This document shows, one piece after another, positions 1 to 13,065 of a DNA stretch of 64,000 nt. Within the stretch, counting starts at the first letter, position 1, and every line of letters starts with the position of its first letter. Made by a program: the position numbers and the translations under genes. Source of the DNA: Cystobasidiomycetes sp. EMM_F5. Taxonomy: Eukaryota. The stretch lies in the NCBI GenBank assembly GCA_051047955.1, contig JBPGPT010000003.1:682001-746000 (forward strand), given 5' to 3'. The notes under the pieces were generated by a model. It worked only from the letters and a program-made list of their open reading frames with translations, was not told the origin of the DNA and did not search any database.

Positions 1-1188
1 AACTTTTGCAACCTTGACTCCTCGCGAATTGTTGGATGGATTACCAAGAGCTACAAAGACAATGTTCTTCGGCAGCGAGAGGATGACGGAAGCCATGTAT
101 CTGTATATCGCAAAGTCAGCAGTTGTATGTAACATGTAAATCAAATCAATCGGCATCTCACAATAAGAAAGACATTCCTGTCGTTGCGAAAAGTGGATTT
201 GCCAGATCTGAGAATAACGGCTTGAGTGGGAGGTATGCGCTGCTTCATCGGAAACAGACTCACGAGGCGGCACTATGCTGTAGCGAATAAGCATCACGTT
301 CCAGAAGCCTGACCGCTGAAGCACTCTTGCAAGAGCTTCCCACTTGATGTTCTTCTCCCTCTTTCTGTCGACGTAACCGGTAAATCCGTATTTGAACAAA
401 AGAAAGCACAATGCTTCTCCAAGAATCGTGCCCAGACACGCAATGCCGATAGCGATGCCAAGTCCAAAGGTAAGTCCTGTAACGACTGTGCGATAAAGCT
501 ACTTTCAGTCTGCTGCAGACTAGTCGCAAGCATCAAGCCAGCTCACTAAGCACAACCTCGTGTCCGAAAAGAGGAGGGATGGATAATATGATTAAAATCA
601 AAACTGGTAACAGCCACGACCAGGACTTTCGGGCAGACAACCAGTTTGTCAAGGGCTGTACCCAGCGTTCAAAGTCGGATTTGTAGACTTCGAATAGAAT
701 GATTATGATCAAGACTAGAATCGCTAATGGAACCATCCTAGAGACAGAGGAGACCACGAGATGAGCATTCCATCAGAGTATCAGCTTTGCGATGTGAATG
801 CTAGTCGCATTACATACCAGTATAACCGCTTCTTCGCTTTATCTGTGAGATGGAAGCGGCCCCGCTTGACAGTCTCTTGTGCAACAATTTGCTGTTGTTG
901 CTGTCCATTCATCTTCTGTGATTGGTATCCTTCGTACGAATATGGATTACTAGATCCATTGGCTCCACTCCCGTAAGCTTGCGTTTGCTGCTGTGCATTC
1001 GCTCCGTACGCATACGGATGTGACGCTCCTTCAGTCTCAAAAGGATTCTGTTGCTGCTGCTGTAGATGGCCATTGCCGTAGCTCCCGTAATTATCGCTAG
1101 CTTGCGGATGGCTTGCATAGGCGTTCCCGTGAGGCAGTGGCGCTTGACCATAAGCAGACTGCGGGTAAGCGGCATCCTGGGTGGCCAT
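1..1188 (-). CDS. TVP38: Tvp38/DedA-family (SNARE-associated Golgi) membrane protein, multi-exon, 3' end runs off the window
   Basis: Gln/Tyr-rich N-terminus (ORF 781..1257, first ATG 1188), then hydrophobic exons 'WVQPLTNWL...SWLLPVLILIILSIPPLFGHEVV' and, near position 1-100, 'YMASVILSLPKNIVFVALG'. The PPLFGHE and SLPK motifs are typical of fungal Tvp38. Confidence 0.85.
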
Positions 1189-1312
1189 GGCTTGCAAGTC
1201 GCCCGTGTCGGGCGTTTGTGTGTCTTCCCAAGTCCCTGCTCTGTAGCTTTCCGTCAAAGAGGCGTAGCTGTCAAGTTCGGCGACAATAACGATGCAAACT
1301 GCACCGGTCGGC

Positions 1313-1320
1313 TATTTATA
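1313..1320 (-). promoter_or_regulatory. TATA-box candidate (TATAAATA) for TVP38
   Basis: The minus strand reads TATAAATA about 125 nt upstream of the ATG at 1188. Confidence 0.45.
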
Positions 1321-1635
1321 CATCTGATGTGTAGAGCATGGCAGCAGGAGCAGAACAGAACTTTAGACTAATAACGAGTGAAGGGAGCTTGACAGTGTAC
1401 GATGCAGCGGAGAAGGTTTTTCGAAAACAAAAAACCCCTGGTGACGAGTTGCGGGGCGCCAAATCTTCATTAAGCTGTAACTAAAGAGACACTACTGAGC
1501 TTTTTGATCGTCGCATCTTGCCTTCGAAATAGACTGTCCACGTTTGCGTCGACGTCTGCTGCCAACAGGGGCATGATGTACATAATGGAGTGGTCTGAGG
1601 CGACTCTTAAACGAAAGGCGCACATTAGTCGTGGC

Positions 1636-3023
1636 TCATGGAAGGGCCAGACTGCCATCCCCCTTGCTTTTAACGACTTGCTCGGCATCTGATGGCAAGT
1701 TGCCTATGCCGAAGAATTGCTTTATGGCTTCAATGCGTTCCCTCTCGGTCGAAAACTTGATAGTCCGCGGTGGTTTGCCGTATGTTTTGATCTTGAGGGT
1801 ATCATTGAACAGCGTCGTCAGTCCCAGTGGCTTCTCTGAGTTTTCTGGTTGAGTGTAGATAGCCAGAACCAGATTTCTGCTAAACAGAGCGGACCGATTC
1901 GAGACTGCGTAATGCAGCATGGCAAAACTTCCGAACATCTTAGTTGATATCGTCTTCGAGCACAAGCTTGAGCGACGTACTCTTTCTGGAAGCACTCTTG
2001 CACAAAGAAACAGTAATTCGCTCGCCAGTCGCTCGCGCTCGCTGTATTATCGCTGTTCTCTAGCGATTCCAATGTCATTTCTGCGCCCAGTGGTGGTCGA
2101 CCCCCTTCAATTTCAATCACACTCTGCAGATCAAGTGAAAGGCAGCTCTCCGGATGATGCCGCAGCCCGAGCCGATGGCGGATACCGAGGGCACCTGGTT
2201 GTGTCTGTCCTAGATCTGCGCGTTGCTTTCAGATTCAGTTGCCTGCGGTTTCTCCTACAGCTGATCAGCTGCCTACGTAGAGAAAGTGGCTGTGTGATAC
2301 TGCCTGCACCGAAGCCCACATCGACGAGATATAGATGGTCTTCGTCGGGTGCATCGGGATCATCGTTCAGCGTGACAAAGATGGTCATATGAGTCACGCC
2401 TTCCATCTTTGGTGCATGTAGTGAGCAGTGTCTAGCAGATATTTCAGATTAATCTACACCTACATCCAGGCTGTCGTTGTCTGCCGCTCTAGCCGCATTA
2501 ACGCGCGCCAAGCTGGAGAAGCATCGAAAGCCGAGCGCTCTCAAAATCTCTCGGAAGAGTAGATTCTGTTTCACAGTGCTGTGTCTTAGATTGAGGAATA
2601 TGGTTTGGGCAGCCATCAATGGGTAAGGCCGTGTAGACTGACTTGTCCAAAGCAGAAGAAACCGCCACGATCTGTCACCAAGCGGTCAAACAGCAATTGC
2701 CTAGATCAGGGCGTGCAGTGAAAGTTACGTTGTCAGTCACCGTGGTCGAGTTGAGAAGGTGGAGAAAGCAGTACGGGTCTAATTCAACATGATCTCGCTC
2801 GTATACTAGGAATGAGTTGGAGAAGGGAATGCTGCAGATGTGCTTTTGCTGCAGAAGCTTTCTGTGCTTCCACTCAGCTCCTCTGTAATTGCGGCCCGAA
2901 TGCGAATAACACTCACAGATCATCATAAGTTGGCTCCGGTCTTGGCTTCGACCAACCGATGCGATCTAGATATTGCGACACCTGCTCGTCGCTGAAAGCA
3001 GAAACAGCATTACGTATCTTCAT
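1636..3023 (-). CDS. Arylamine N-acetyltransferase (NAT family), multi-exon
   Basis: Spliced translation: 'QYLDRIGW...HICSIPFSN...DRGGFFCFGQN...LRALGFR...GVTHM...YLVDVGFG'. The Cys-His-Asp triad is present. ATG at 3023 (MKIRNAVSAF), stop at 1636. Confidence 0.9.
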
Positions 3024-3754
3024 GCTCACCACTTCCGCTTCGGAAAGCGATATGTCAACCGTTTGCGAAGGAATGCGACACGGGCTGGACGACCTTGCGT
3101 TCAAGTCTGCGCCACACCAATGCCCATGACTAGGTCTCGGAGGTAGCTCAACGACAATAGAGTGCGCAAGCGAGGTTGAACCTGCACCAATAGCCGCGGC
3201 AGACATGTGCAGCCGTCATCGCTGAGTGCGCTCGCAGCAACTGACAGGCCGGCAATCTGCACGACATGGCATCCTAATGACCTTGTTTAATACTGCGGCC
3301 GTATGCACGTGCCAGCTCACACGTTTACGGTCCTATGTCCAGGCATTCAAAACCGATTCAAGCATGACCGCGTCCTGCTCTTTCTGAGCTTTCTGAGGCG
3401 CAAAACAACTTCTCAGCCGCCCAGTCCAGATTCCACAACCGCTTGAGAAGATGAATTACGCAAGATCTCTTCGCTTACTGACGTTCAACGCGATCTGCTG
3501 ACTACAACGGCTCCGGCGATTGATGCACGAAAAAGTTCGGGGACGGCCGCCCAGGCAACCTTCTGAGGGTTGGTGAGTTGGCGCTGCGGATTTCTCGAGT
3601 GAGTCGAGACGCTCGCTCTCTCGTTGTTTCTGCTCTACCTCCCGTCTGCTTCTTCCCTTACAGTACCTCTGTTCGCCTTTGCCCTCCTCACTCTGCTACG
3701 GTTGTCAAGCAAGAATCGCAATCGGCTGCAGCAAGTCTCGTGTGCAATCGTACG

Positions 3755-6040
3755 ATGTCGAACGAAATCCAGAAGCAGATAATTCCATCCCTGTCGGACA
3801 GCGGACGTGCAGATCAGCCGCCGACGTACGAGGTAGACGTCGAGAAGACCGCAGCAGAGTCGGACAGCAACTCCGATGCCGGCACAATCGATCCAGTCGC
3901 CGAGCGTCGACTGGTTCTCAAGCAGGTAATACCCTTGCAGCTGAGCGCGCTGAATCCGACAATGCGATGCTGATACTCTCGCAGGATTTGTTGATACTTC
4001 CAGCTGTAAGCTCGTGTTCAATGTCAAGATTGATGTTGGCTAACGCGTAAATTTCAGCTGGCTCTTGCTTATCTTCTCGTATTGTACGCGTGGCCTTCGC
4101 CGCAGTGTGAATATGGCCTGACCACCAGTTACCTTACAGCATCGATCGTACTAACCTCGGGAATGCTAAAGTCGTTGCGTTGGCTTCCCCGACAACGCGT
4201 CACGAAAACATGCTGAGTTTTCTGGATTTGCAGGCTGGGCTTGAAAAGTCTTTAGGTCTCTACACCTATGACTTCAACATCGGCGCCGCCATCTACTACA
4301 TTGTGTACCTGTTCATGGAAATTCCATCAGCTCTACTCATAAAGCGAGTCGGTTTCAGGATTGTGCCGGTTGCAACGTTTACATTTGGGGTTGTCACGCT
4401 CGCTACTGTAGGGACAATTTCTGCTCACACTGTTACAACACTGATTGACTGGTGTCGCCTCAGGCTTTCATTGAGAACCGAGGCTCCTTTTTTGCTATGA
4501 GATTGCTGCTTGGCTTCACCGAATGTCAGCAGCAGGCTCGCGGAGGATTTGCGCAAACTGACGTTGACCATTCTCGGCAGGCTTTACTATGCCAGCGAAT
4601 GCGTACATCTTGACGCGTTACTATCGTCGTCACGAGCTGGCTGCAAGAATTGCATGCTTCATGGTTCTAGCCGGCGGTATATCCCAGGCATTCGCAGGGC
4701 TACTTTCTTCGGCTTTTCTCTCCGTTGCCCCTATCGGCGTTCTGCAGGACCAATGGCGGAACATTTTCCTGGTCCGTGATTGAAAACCCGGTCATGCATC
4801 ACGCTGGCGGTGCGGCTGATTCTGAAATACAGGGAGAAGGCATCATCACTCTGGTTCTTGCAGTGTCTATGTGGATATGGTACCCCAACGACCCTTCAAA
4901 AACTCGACTCTTTAACGAAGAGGAACGCAAGCTATGGTTAGCTCGCTTCCTGGTAGATCAGCCTGCTGTATGTCTGCTACCCGGTCTCTTTAGATTGTAA
5001 TAAGCTCACACTGTTTTGCACTCCGTGACAGGTCGTCGAGCACAATGAAGCCATCTCCAAAATGCTCATTAAGAGAGCACTGCTTTCGCCTATCACTATA
5101 CCTATGTGAGACATTGACGTCGTGGAGTACGCCTGCAGTTCGAGCTGACGGTGATTTCCGTAGAATCGCTTTATATTGCTGCAATAATATGTGGGTAACT
5201 CACGTGTTTCTCTCATCTTGCATGCGTGCTTGACATCTCGTTTCAGGACTTTCCAGGGGTTGTCGATCTTCACGACTACCATTCTTCGTTCCATCTATCC
5301 AGCACGGACTACTGTTGAGATACAGCTCTACTCAGTCGCTCCTGCCGTGGTAGGCACGGTGTGGGCCCTTGGAATGGCATATTTAGCCATGCGAACCAAG
5401 CGCTACGCATACACAGTCATGTTCAACATCTGTAAGTCGCATTCGCAGCAACAAGCATACTGTCACTGAGCAGCTGCTTGCTTCATCAGCTTTGGGCATT
5501 ATCGGCTACTCATTGTGGATCCATTATTTGGACGCACCGAAAACCCGCTACGCTGCCCTTTTCCTAGTACAATCGGGAGCTTTCGCATACGGTCCCATCC
5601 TTCTCTCCTGGGGTGCCGCAAATGCCAGTCCAGATACAATCCGGGCTGTAACAACTGCAAGTATCGTAGGATTGGGCAGTTTGGGAAGTATCGCGTCAAC
5701 TTGGTCATTCATCAATACAGACGCTTCTGTGAGTGAGAAACACAGGAACTTCTGCAGGAAGTGACTGAAACGGTTCCGCGTGCAGACTGGCTACAGGATC
5801 GGTAATGCAACCAACGTAGCTGTAGGAGGCTGCGGCCTTATCGTGACTTTCGGCCTCATGATGTACATGAAGTACGAGAATAACGCACGAGCAGCTGGTA
5901 AACGTGATGATCGCTTGTCAAAGCCGCATGTGGAGCTTTTGGGGAGGTCAGTGCAGACCCTAGTCAAATCCGGATACAGTGATCCTGATGCTGAAGTCAC
6001 GTCTCTCAGCTCTCACCCGCTTTACAGATATGTTTGGTGA
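3755..6040 (+). CDS. MFS transporter, anion:cation symporter / allantoate permease (DAL5-like) family, many short exons
   Basis: 'AERRLVLKQ|DLLILPA...IDRTNLGNAKVAGLEKSL', 'EIPSALLIKRVG', 'YYRRHELAARIA', 'WRNIFL.EGIIT', 'ENNARAAGKRD...HPLYRYVW*'. Confidence 0.92.
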
Positions 6041-6416
6041 AGGAAGAAGCGGATGTCAACGGAGGACGATGTCTTACAAAGCTTAAGAAGTATGATTGAC
6101 GAAGTATTGGTAACGAACTTCTGGTGATAAGTACCGGTAATGACTGCGCGAATATTACATTGGACAATACAAAATGGAGACATTGCCCATTATATCTGTT
6201 GAGCTATGTGAAGTTTCGTAAGGCGTGCGGCTCAACGATCTTATTTGGCGATAAGGGCTCAAGCTGACGATAGTCGATGTGACAAGACGTGTATTTGCTC
6301 CCACCTAACGTATGGCCATCTATCTGAATTGACAGACTGTCAAATAAGCGTCCTGAGGTACCGCCAGTGCTACTCGCTGTGTGTAGTGCCGAAACCGGAC
6401 TTCTTTGCAAACTGGC

Positions 6417-7432
6417 ATGGCATCTGAGGACCGGCAGGATCTTGGCGATTCGAGCAAGCTCCCACCAGAGCTTGTGTCGCACGTTTTATCGCACTTGTCA
6501 CTGAAAGAGCTGCTTCCATGCCGCCATATCAAGTACGGCTACCGTAAGACGTCTGACAGGCCGTCGGAGCTGATGACGGCTATCTTTCCCAGTCGGAGAT
6601 GGTCTCAGATGGTACAATTGGAAGCGCGACTTCGCATGTTGGAGCTCATTCAAAGTAATGACCATCCTCTGACGGTGCGCAATGCTCAACCATTCTTCCA
6701 CTCTCGACATTGTTTTCGAAAGACTGATTCAAATTCATAATCCTGATCTGACAGCTGCAAGCAGGGCCTCCAGCCCTCATCGATCTTTGCGAATACCTCA
6801 CACTCTCCTTTGACAAATTCTCCGAGCCGACTACAATCACGCCATTGCTGGCTTCGTTGAGCGTAAAGCACACGGAGATTAATCCAACGCATGCTAGCAC
6901 TATGGGCGACGACGACAGTCAAGTTTTCCAAAATATGGTGATTTGCATCACTCGCAGTGATTCTACGAATAGGAGCGCTCTGACAACGCCGTCGGTATAC
7001 ACAAACCGCTGGTCTTCTTGGCAAGTCGCGCGAGAGACTGGACGTATTTGGCGAGATTGGTGGTGCGACGTGCCCGAGCAAGAACGCGAACCGACTTTGG
7101 ATGTGTCTGAAGATGAGCCGGAAGTTGGCCTCGATGTCGATTCCGGCTTTGCGAACGTAAATGGACTTGACAAGATACGAGACTCTGCAGAACCGGAACG
7201 ATCTCTTCACGCGCAATCGCTGAGTGTCGGAAAGATCATTCATCAAGCAACTATCGGTTTGAGTCGCTATGCTGCATGCTTCAGCAATGCAGAACGTCAT
7301 CAACCCGCTCAGCATTGTTATCAATGGCGAAGCGTCGATCTGGACGTGTTTAGGGTTGTGTTGGCGCACGAAGAGAGGACTAAGCGTGTGGGCACGAGAG
7401 CTGTGTTCAATTCAGTGACTATGGTATTCTAG
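6417..7432 (+). CDS. F-box domain protein (3 exons)
   Basis: N-terminal 'KLPPELVSHVLSHLSLKELLPCRHINRRWSQMV' is an F-box consensus. Introns 6533-6592 and ~6674-6753 join it in frame to ORF 6845..7432. The C-terminal domain is not recognised. Confidence 0.75.
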
Positions 7433-7639
7433 CAGCGAGAAACAGGCTGAGCTGCTCGCGCATATTTTACTTCCATTCATCCCGATAACGGCATGTAGCA
7501 TTCGCTGTAGTAGCATATGTATCTAATCTATTCGCTCATAGTATCAAGTATATATTGACTGCGACTCCCGCACAGCAATGCGCGTCTCTTGACATCATCG
7601 ACCCACATCTTTCATCTTTCATGTTGGTGCCAAACAAGC

Positions 7640-9166
7640 ATGTTGCGAACGTACGCCAGCACGAGTGACCATGATGATTTGCATATCCGGATAATAGGGA
7701 CTCTGGTCATCTTGCTCGTGCGTCAAGCCTCAAGTCCGCTGTAACGAATGAACTGGCTGACCCAAATACACGCAGACGTCTGCTTTCGGTGCACTGCTGC
7801 CATTGCTGTTGAAACATCGAATGAGTGGCAGCAAAGATGGCAAGCTGCAACAGACGATATTGCCAGCTTTCTTCGACTTCACAAGTCTGTCATATTTTCA
7901 GTGCGCCACTAATCACCCACAGGGTGCTGACGGCTCGGCATCAACCTTCCAGAGTATCTTGGAAGCGGCGTAATCATATCGACAGCCTTCGTACATCTCC
8001 TCAGTCCCGCTTTCGAGACACTGCGAGATCCAAACTTGCCAGGAATATGGCAGCAGATCGATATGGCCCCGCTGATTGCGATGACTGCCGTCTTTGCCAT
8101 CTTTACCGTGGAATTACTGGCTTCCAGAGTCGGAACGAGCTGGCTGCAGAGCATGGGCATCGCATAGTTGGTTGTTCGGACTATAAATAACGCTGAATGC
8201 TGGCCTGACGGCTCCGTCCAACAGTGAGCACCACGATCCTGCTCACAGTGCGCATGGGCCCTGTGAGAATAATGAGAGAGAAGCCCACAACATTGTAGAT
8301 GACCTGATTGACGACGATGCTCAAGTCCTAACCGACGATGAAGCTGAACACGTTCCGATACTCCAACGCCATCAATTCAATGGTCTTCCCCTCTCGCACT
8401 CGGCGCCAGCAATATTGCGGAATTTCAGTGCAGAACGTCGTCAGCTATACTGTGTATACGGAACATCGGGACACTCGAAGAAGTCTGCGGAGACTATAAC
8501 TCGAAAGCCGTCTGCACAGAGTCTGAGCAGCCACGGCAATAATAAAATCTCTGTCAAAGCCACGCAGCAAATCCTAGGAGTCGCTGTGCTCGAATTTGGC
8601 GTCCTACTCCACTCATTCGTGATAGGACTGACTTTAGCTGTCGTGAAACGATTTGCACCTTTGGCATTCGTCATCACTTTGCATCGTAAGCGAAGATTTG
8701 CACGAGCTGTACCCACGAAATGCTAAATCATGATCATTCCTGCGACCCGCAGAGACATTTGAAGGCCTAGGTCTTGGCGCCCGGCTCGCAAACATAGATC
8801 TTCCGAAAAAGCATAGATGGCTCACTATCGCTGCCGGCGTTCTGTATGGAGCTATCACTCCGCTGGGCATGGTCATTGGTCTCTCCGTGCGCAATTCCTA
8901 CAGCCCCAATTCTCCGACTGCTCTGGTCGTTTCCGGCGTTTTAGATGCACTATCTGCGGGCGTTCTCCTATATACTGGACTGGTAGAACTGCTAGCGGCA
9001 GAGTTCCTTTTCCATCCGGAGATGAAGGAAGCTCCGACAGGCAAAGTCCTCTATGCTCTTAGCTGCGTCATATTGGGCGCTGTAGTAATGGCTGTACTGG
9101 GTGAGTTGGCCGCAATTGGTCCGCAATATATAAGTGTTGACGCGTTTGTTAGGTATCTGGGTATAA
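7640..9166 (+). CDS. ZIP-family Zn2+/Fe2+ transporter (ZRT-like)
   Basis: 'DLHIRIIGTLVILL', 'YLGSGVIISTAFVHLL', His-containing loop 'HHDPAHSAHGP', 'VLEFGVLLHSFVIGLTL', 'FEGLGLGARL', 'GVLDALSAGVLLYTGLVELLAAEF', C-terminal 'GIWV*'. Confidence 0.93.
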
Positions 9167-9263
9167 GTCTTTATGCTACAGAATGCTCCGTCCCTGCGCC
9201 GAACAATCTGTATTCCCGAAATCAAAGAAAATGCGATAGCCAAGCTCAACCGGCAACGTAGCC

Positions 9264-12200
9264 TCAGGTCTCTTCGCTATCGGACGACCTGTCCCATGCT
9301 GGAGCGTGCGACGGGGTGGAGTCTCGCAAAGATGATTCCGCTTGAAAGCGATGTAAACGGCAGTGCTTCTCGTATGCCTCGATAGACGCTTGATCCACAA
9401 GAATGGCGCTGCCCTGCTCTCCAGAGCAAAGAGCAACAGCGCGTTCGTACATTTGCAGATCGCCAGCAGATGATTCGTAGACAAGTTCGTTGGACAGATT
9501 AAGATTCCGGTACTGGTCGACATAACTCTGATATTCCGCAGCTTCTGTAGCCTGGACCTTGGGCTTCAATAATCGCTGAGCAAGACCTTCTGTAGTACCT
9601 GCCGGTGCCATGTGGGTCTCGTCTTCAGAATCGATCGAATCACTATCGTGGTCGTGCTGTGCGGCAGCGGGGGTCTTCCGAGCCGTCGAAGGAGCCCGCG
9701 CTTTGGTCGTACTACTACTCATCCAGCGTCTCACACCAACGTGTAGTCTGGCAGCAAATCAGCTGGCAACACCTATATCTGCTGAGATTCTGCGCTTACT
9801 TGGGTATAGTGTGCGCTAGCGGGACTCGTTCTTTGAACGGACTCAGATCGCTGCTGTAAGAGACTTTCCGCTCGGGTCCATTAGCGTCCTTATTGTACCG
9901 CACTGTACTATTGACAGTATACGCGAAGTGACGGTCCAGTTGCGTGAATAGTCTAGGACGGTAGCTGCGCATCGACTTAGCATGGAAAGTGATCAAAATA
10001 CGAGGCAGCTTACTACTCTGTCCAGATGTCACCATCTCTTTCCGCGTTGATACGCATTCGATCGACGATATCGAACGGGTCAGGGCATCGTGCTAGGTGT
10101 TCGGCTGTATACCAGTAGCGGTAGTCGCGTCTTCTGCTCTTCTCCGGAATGTTATCCGGCTCGCAGTCGGCTGCGTAGCCTACCGCCTTTACTTTTTCGC
10201 TGATTTCACTGAAGAAGTCTGGTTCTTGATGTTGATGCAAGCCTGACGCAATGTATGATCCGGCATGGCTACCAGTCGTTGGGACGGGCGACAGGCGCTG
10301 TGTCACAGTCTGGGGAGTGAGCGTAGCTGCTGGCGACGTGGTTGCCGATGATAGCGTGGCCGGAGTGGCAGCTACGATACTGCTGGCATTGGTGCTATCT
10401 GAAGGAACGCCAATGCCCAAGAACAAGTTTATGCTGTTCTGTTTGTCGGAATCTAGGGCCACGTTTGAATAGAATCGCTTCAGACCTTCGATCATATCAC
10501 GCGAGTGGGACTTCCACTGATTGATTTTGCGGTACGTATTCATGGTATTGACGAGATGCGAGCCACCGTATTGCAATGCAATTGTGTCACCGTGACTGGT
10601 CACTTCCTTCAGCTCGGTACATGCGCTGGCACGAGATGTTCGCTCACTCGTGATACATTTCGGTCAGCATATTGACAGCATCGGTGTCGTATGGTAAGTG
10701 CGGATCCGCCAGGATGCCTAGAGCATGCAGCTGATGCCCGAAGGCAGCTTTTGCGATCACGAACTGTGCCGCGTTTGTACGACTGGGTAAGGGTCAGCAT
10801 GCTCTCCAGACAGAAGGCAAGAACTTTACTATACTTACTCTAAGCAGTCGATACAGTTCATACGACACACGCCCTGCTGGAGCGATGGCGTCCTTCGGTA
10901 GTCTGGTGGCGTACCATCTCCAGCACTGTCGATGTCTGGTACGGGCAAAGGCTCCGCTCCACTATGAAAGAAGCCCGTCGACTCCAACACTTCTTCGGCA
11001 ATATCCTCGAGAAAGCTAATAACGTCCATTGATCGACTGTACTTTGCGAGTAAGCAGAACTCAATGTCGCCCGTAGAAGCTCGGCTGAATCATACCTCTT
11101 ATAAGCAGCGCTCATATCGAATGGAATGTACTGTATCCGGTTTTCGCTCGGAAGAAATTGGTTGAGGTAGTCGATACATTCCTTGTACGGCTTGATCAGA
11201 CGAGACTCTCTGGGCTCGTGCTCTTTCCGTTTGATCAAATTGAGAACTACTATGGGCGTACCATATCGAGCAAATAAATCATCGAAATGAAGGGCAGCCG
11301 CTGCATGGTACGGATCAACCAAGTGCACTATCGAGTAGCTGTGAGCTATAGACTTGCAAAGATGAGGCGTTTAGGCTTACGATGTATCGGTGGTTTGAGA
11401 CTGGAAGTGCTAGTATCTTGTTGCCATGATAGCGGAATGCTCCCACGTTGTTGTACGTAGCTAGTATATCGGGGTGTAGCAGACCTAATCCCACCATTAG
11501 GGGCGTAAAAAGACGTCGTTGAGGCTTCCGAGACAATCTGTTCCGATTCGACATCATTGGCTACATTGCCCTGCTTTCGAGATTCAGCAATAGTCTATTA
11601 TCTGCAGCTGCACGTCATCACCTCATCGTTGACTCCTCGCTTGAGAAATCTAGCTCCAGCGAAATGCCTTGACCGGCGGGCAATAACCGTTACAAAGACT
11701 GTCCTTCCAAAGATTGACAATTTGGCCTGATCGACAAAGCCATACACCATCGGCAAGACCCAGCATGATCGTTTATCCGTTTCTCCCATCGTCTCCATGA
11801 AGGCCGTTCGAAGGAGGTGATGATTCCAGATGAATCGATCGTTGAATCCCCATGCTGACCCCGTCGTCTTGTTGCCTTGGTATGGCAGGATTCTCTCGGG
11901 ATCACATTGCGTGTCTACTGTTTTCGCTTCGTGGAATGCATGCTCTGCTACCCAGTGCACCGGCTCGCCTGCTACGTTTGTACTCGCTGTGGCTGGTTGT
12001 CCCTTGTCGGGCAGGCGTGTGAGATTCGCCTGTAGGGTATTTGTGAGATCGTAGGTATAGCTAAAGTAGAAGTTTTTAGAAAGGTCGACCTGCTTGAATG
12101 CAGCCAGTAACCGTGCTTCTTCGCTCGGTCGGTCGAGCTTTATGTTTTGACTGATGGGAAGCGTGTCGGCTTCTTCACAGTGGTAGATGTAGTGACCTCC

Positions 12201-12720
12201 AATAAGGGCTACTGCGGCCCGCTGCTTGATGAGTACCATGTACCAACCGCCAGTAAAGCGAATGAACCCCGCAATGCCTGGCATCCTTGTCAGGGAGAGG
12301 TAGTCTTACGAGACGAACAAGACTTGGACCTCACCATAGAAGCTTGCCAGGACTTTGGTCATTCCGCCAGAGTGCTTGTTGCCGACTTCAATCATCTTTA
12401 GCAGGTCATCCCGCTCTGCTTGCGAGTATATAGTGGCGTCTTCGGTAATGTGCAACTCGTGAACGAGGTCATTCGACGAGTAGTGACGGTCAATCTTGAG
12501 CACTCTATGTCTCGAATCGGACTGGTTGGAGCCAATGACATAGAATCGCTGTAATACATCGCAAACGACGCCGTCAGCATATCATTCTCTCAGACTCCAA
12601 TCATTCATCCATTGCCCTCACGCTTTCCGTCTTGTAGAGGGCAAACTTTTCGAGAATCAGCTTGGTACTAGGCGACTCTGAGCCGTCTGCCGAGTACGAG
12701 CTGGCCTGTTTGGCTCGCAT
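9264..12720 (-). CDS. FIG4: Polyphosphoinositide (PI(3,5)P2) phosphatase Fig4/Sac3
   Basis: Sac domain: '[12 protein letters not shown]', '[19 protein letters not shown]', '[19 protein letters not shown]', catalytic '[12 protein letters not shown]' across an intron, '[22 protein letters not shown]'. Confidence 0.95.
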
Positions 12721-13065
12721 GGCTGCTGGGGGGTGACGCTGCCGTGCTGCCAGTATTACAGCCAGCGAACTACCAGCGCCTAGCAGCCTTTGCTACAGCA
12801 TTAGACGCAGGTCGGTGTACTGCATCGCGCATCACAGGCAGACATGTCAGTCATTGCACATAATAAATTGCCAGTACATACCACGTCAAAGCCGATTCCA
12901 ACTTTGTATTGGCTTGACTGCTGGATTCAGACTACACCTGACTTATGCTACCATGCACGCTGCTTGCCCGCTAATTGTGCCATAATCTGCTGCTAATGCC
13001 CGCTTTCGGGTGGTAATGTCAGAGAGGCGCGTCTTCTTCGTCGTCGGGCACTATCCGCCGTCATC

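Noticed and set aside
10772..10850. FIG4 catalytic motif appearing as CIDCLE followed by a stop
   Set aside because: An intron splits the codon; the spliced sequence is the canonical CIDCLDRTN.
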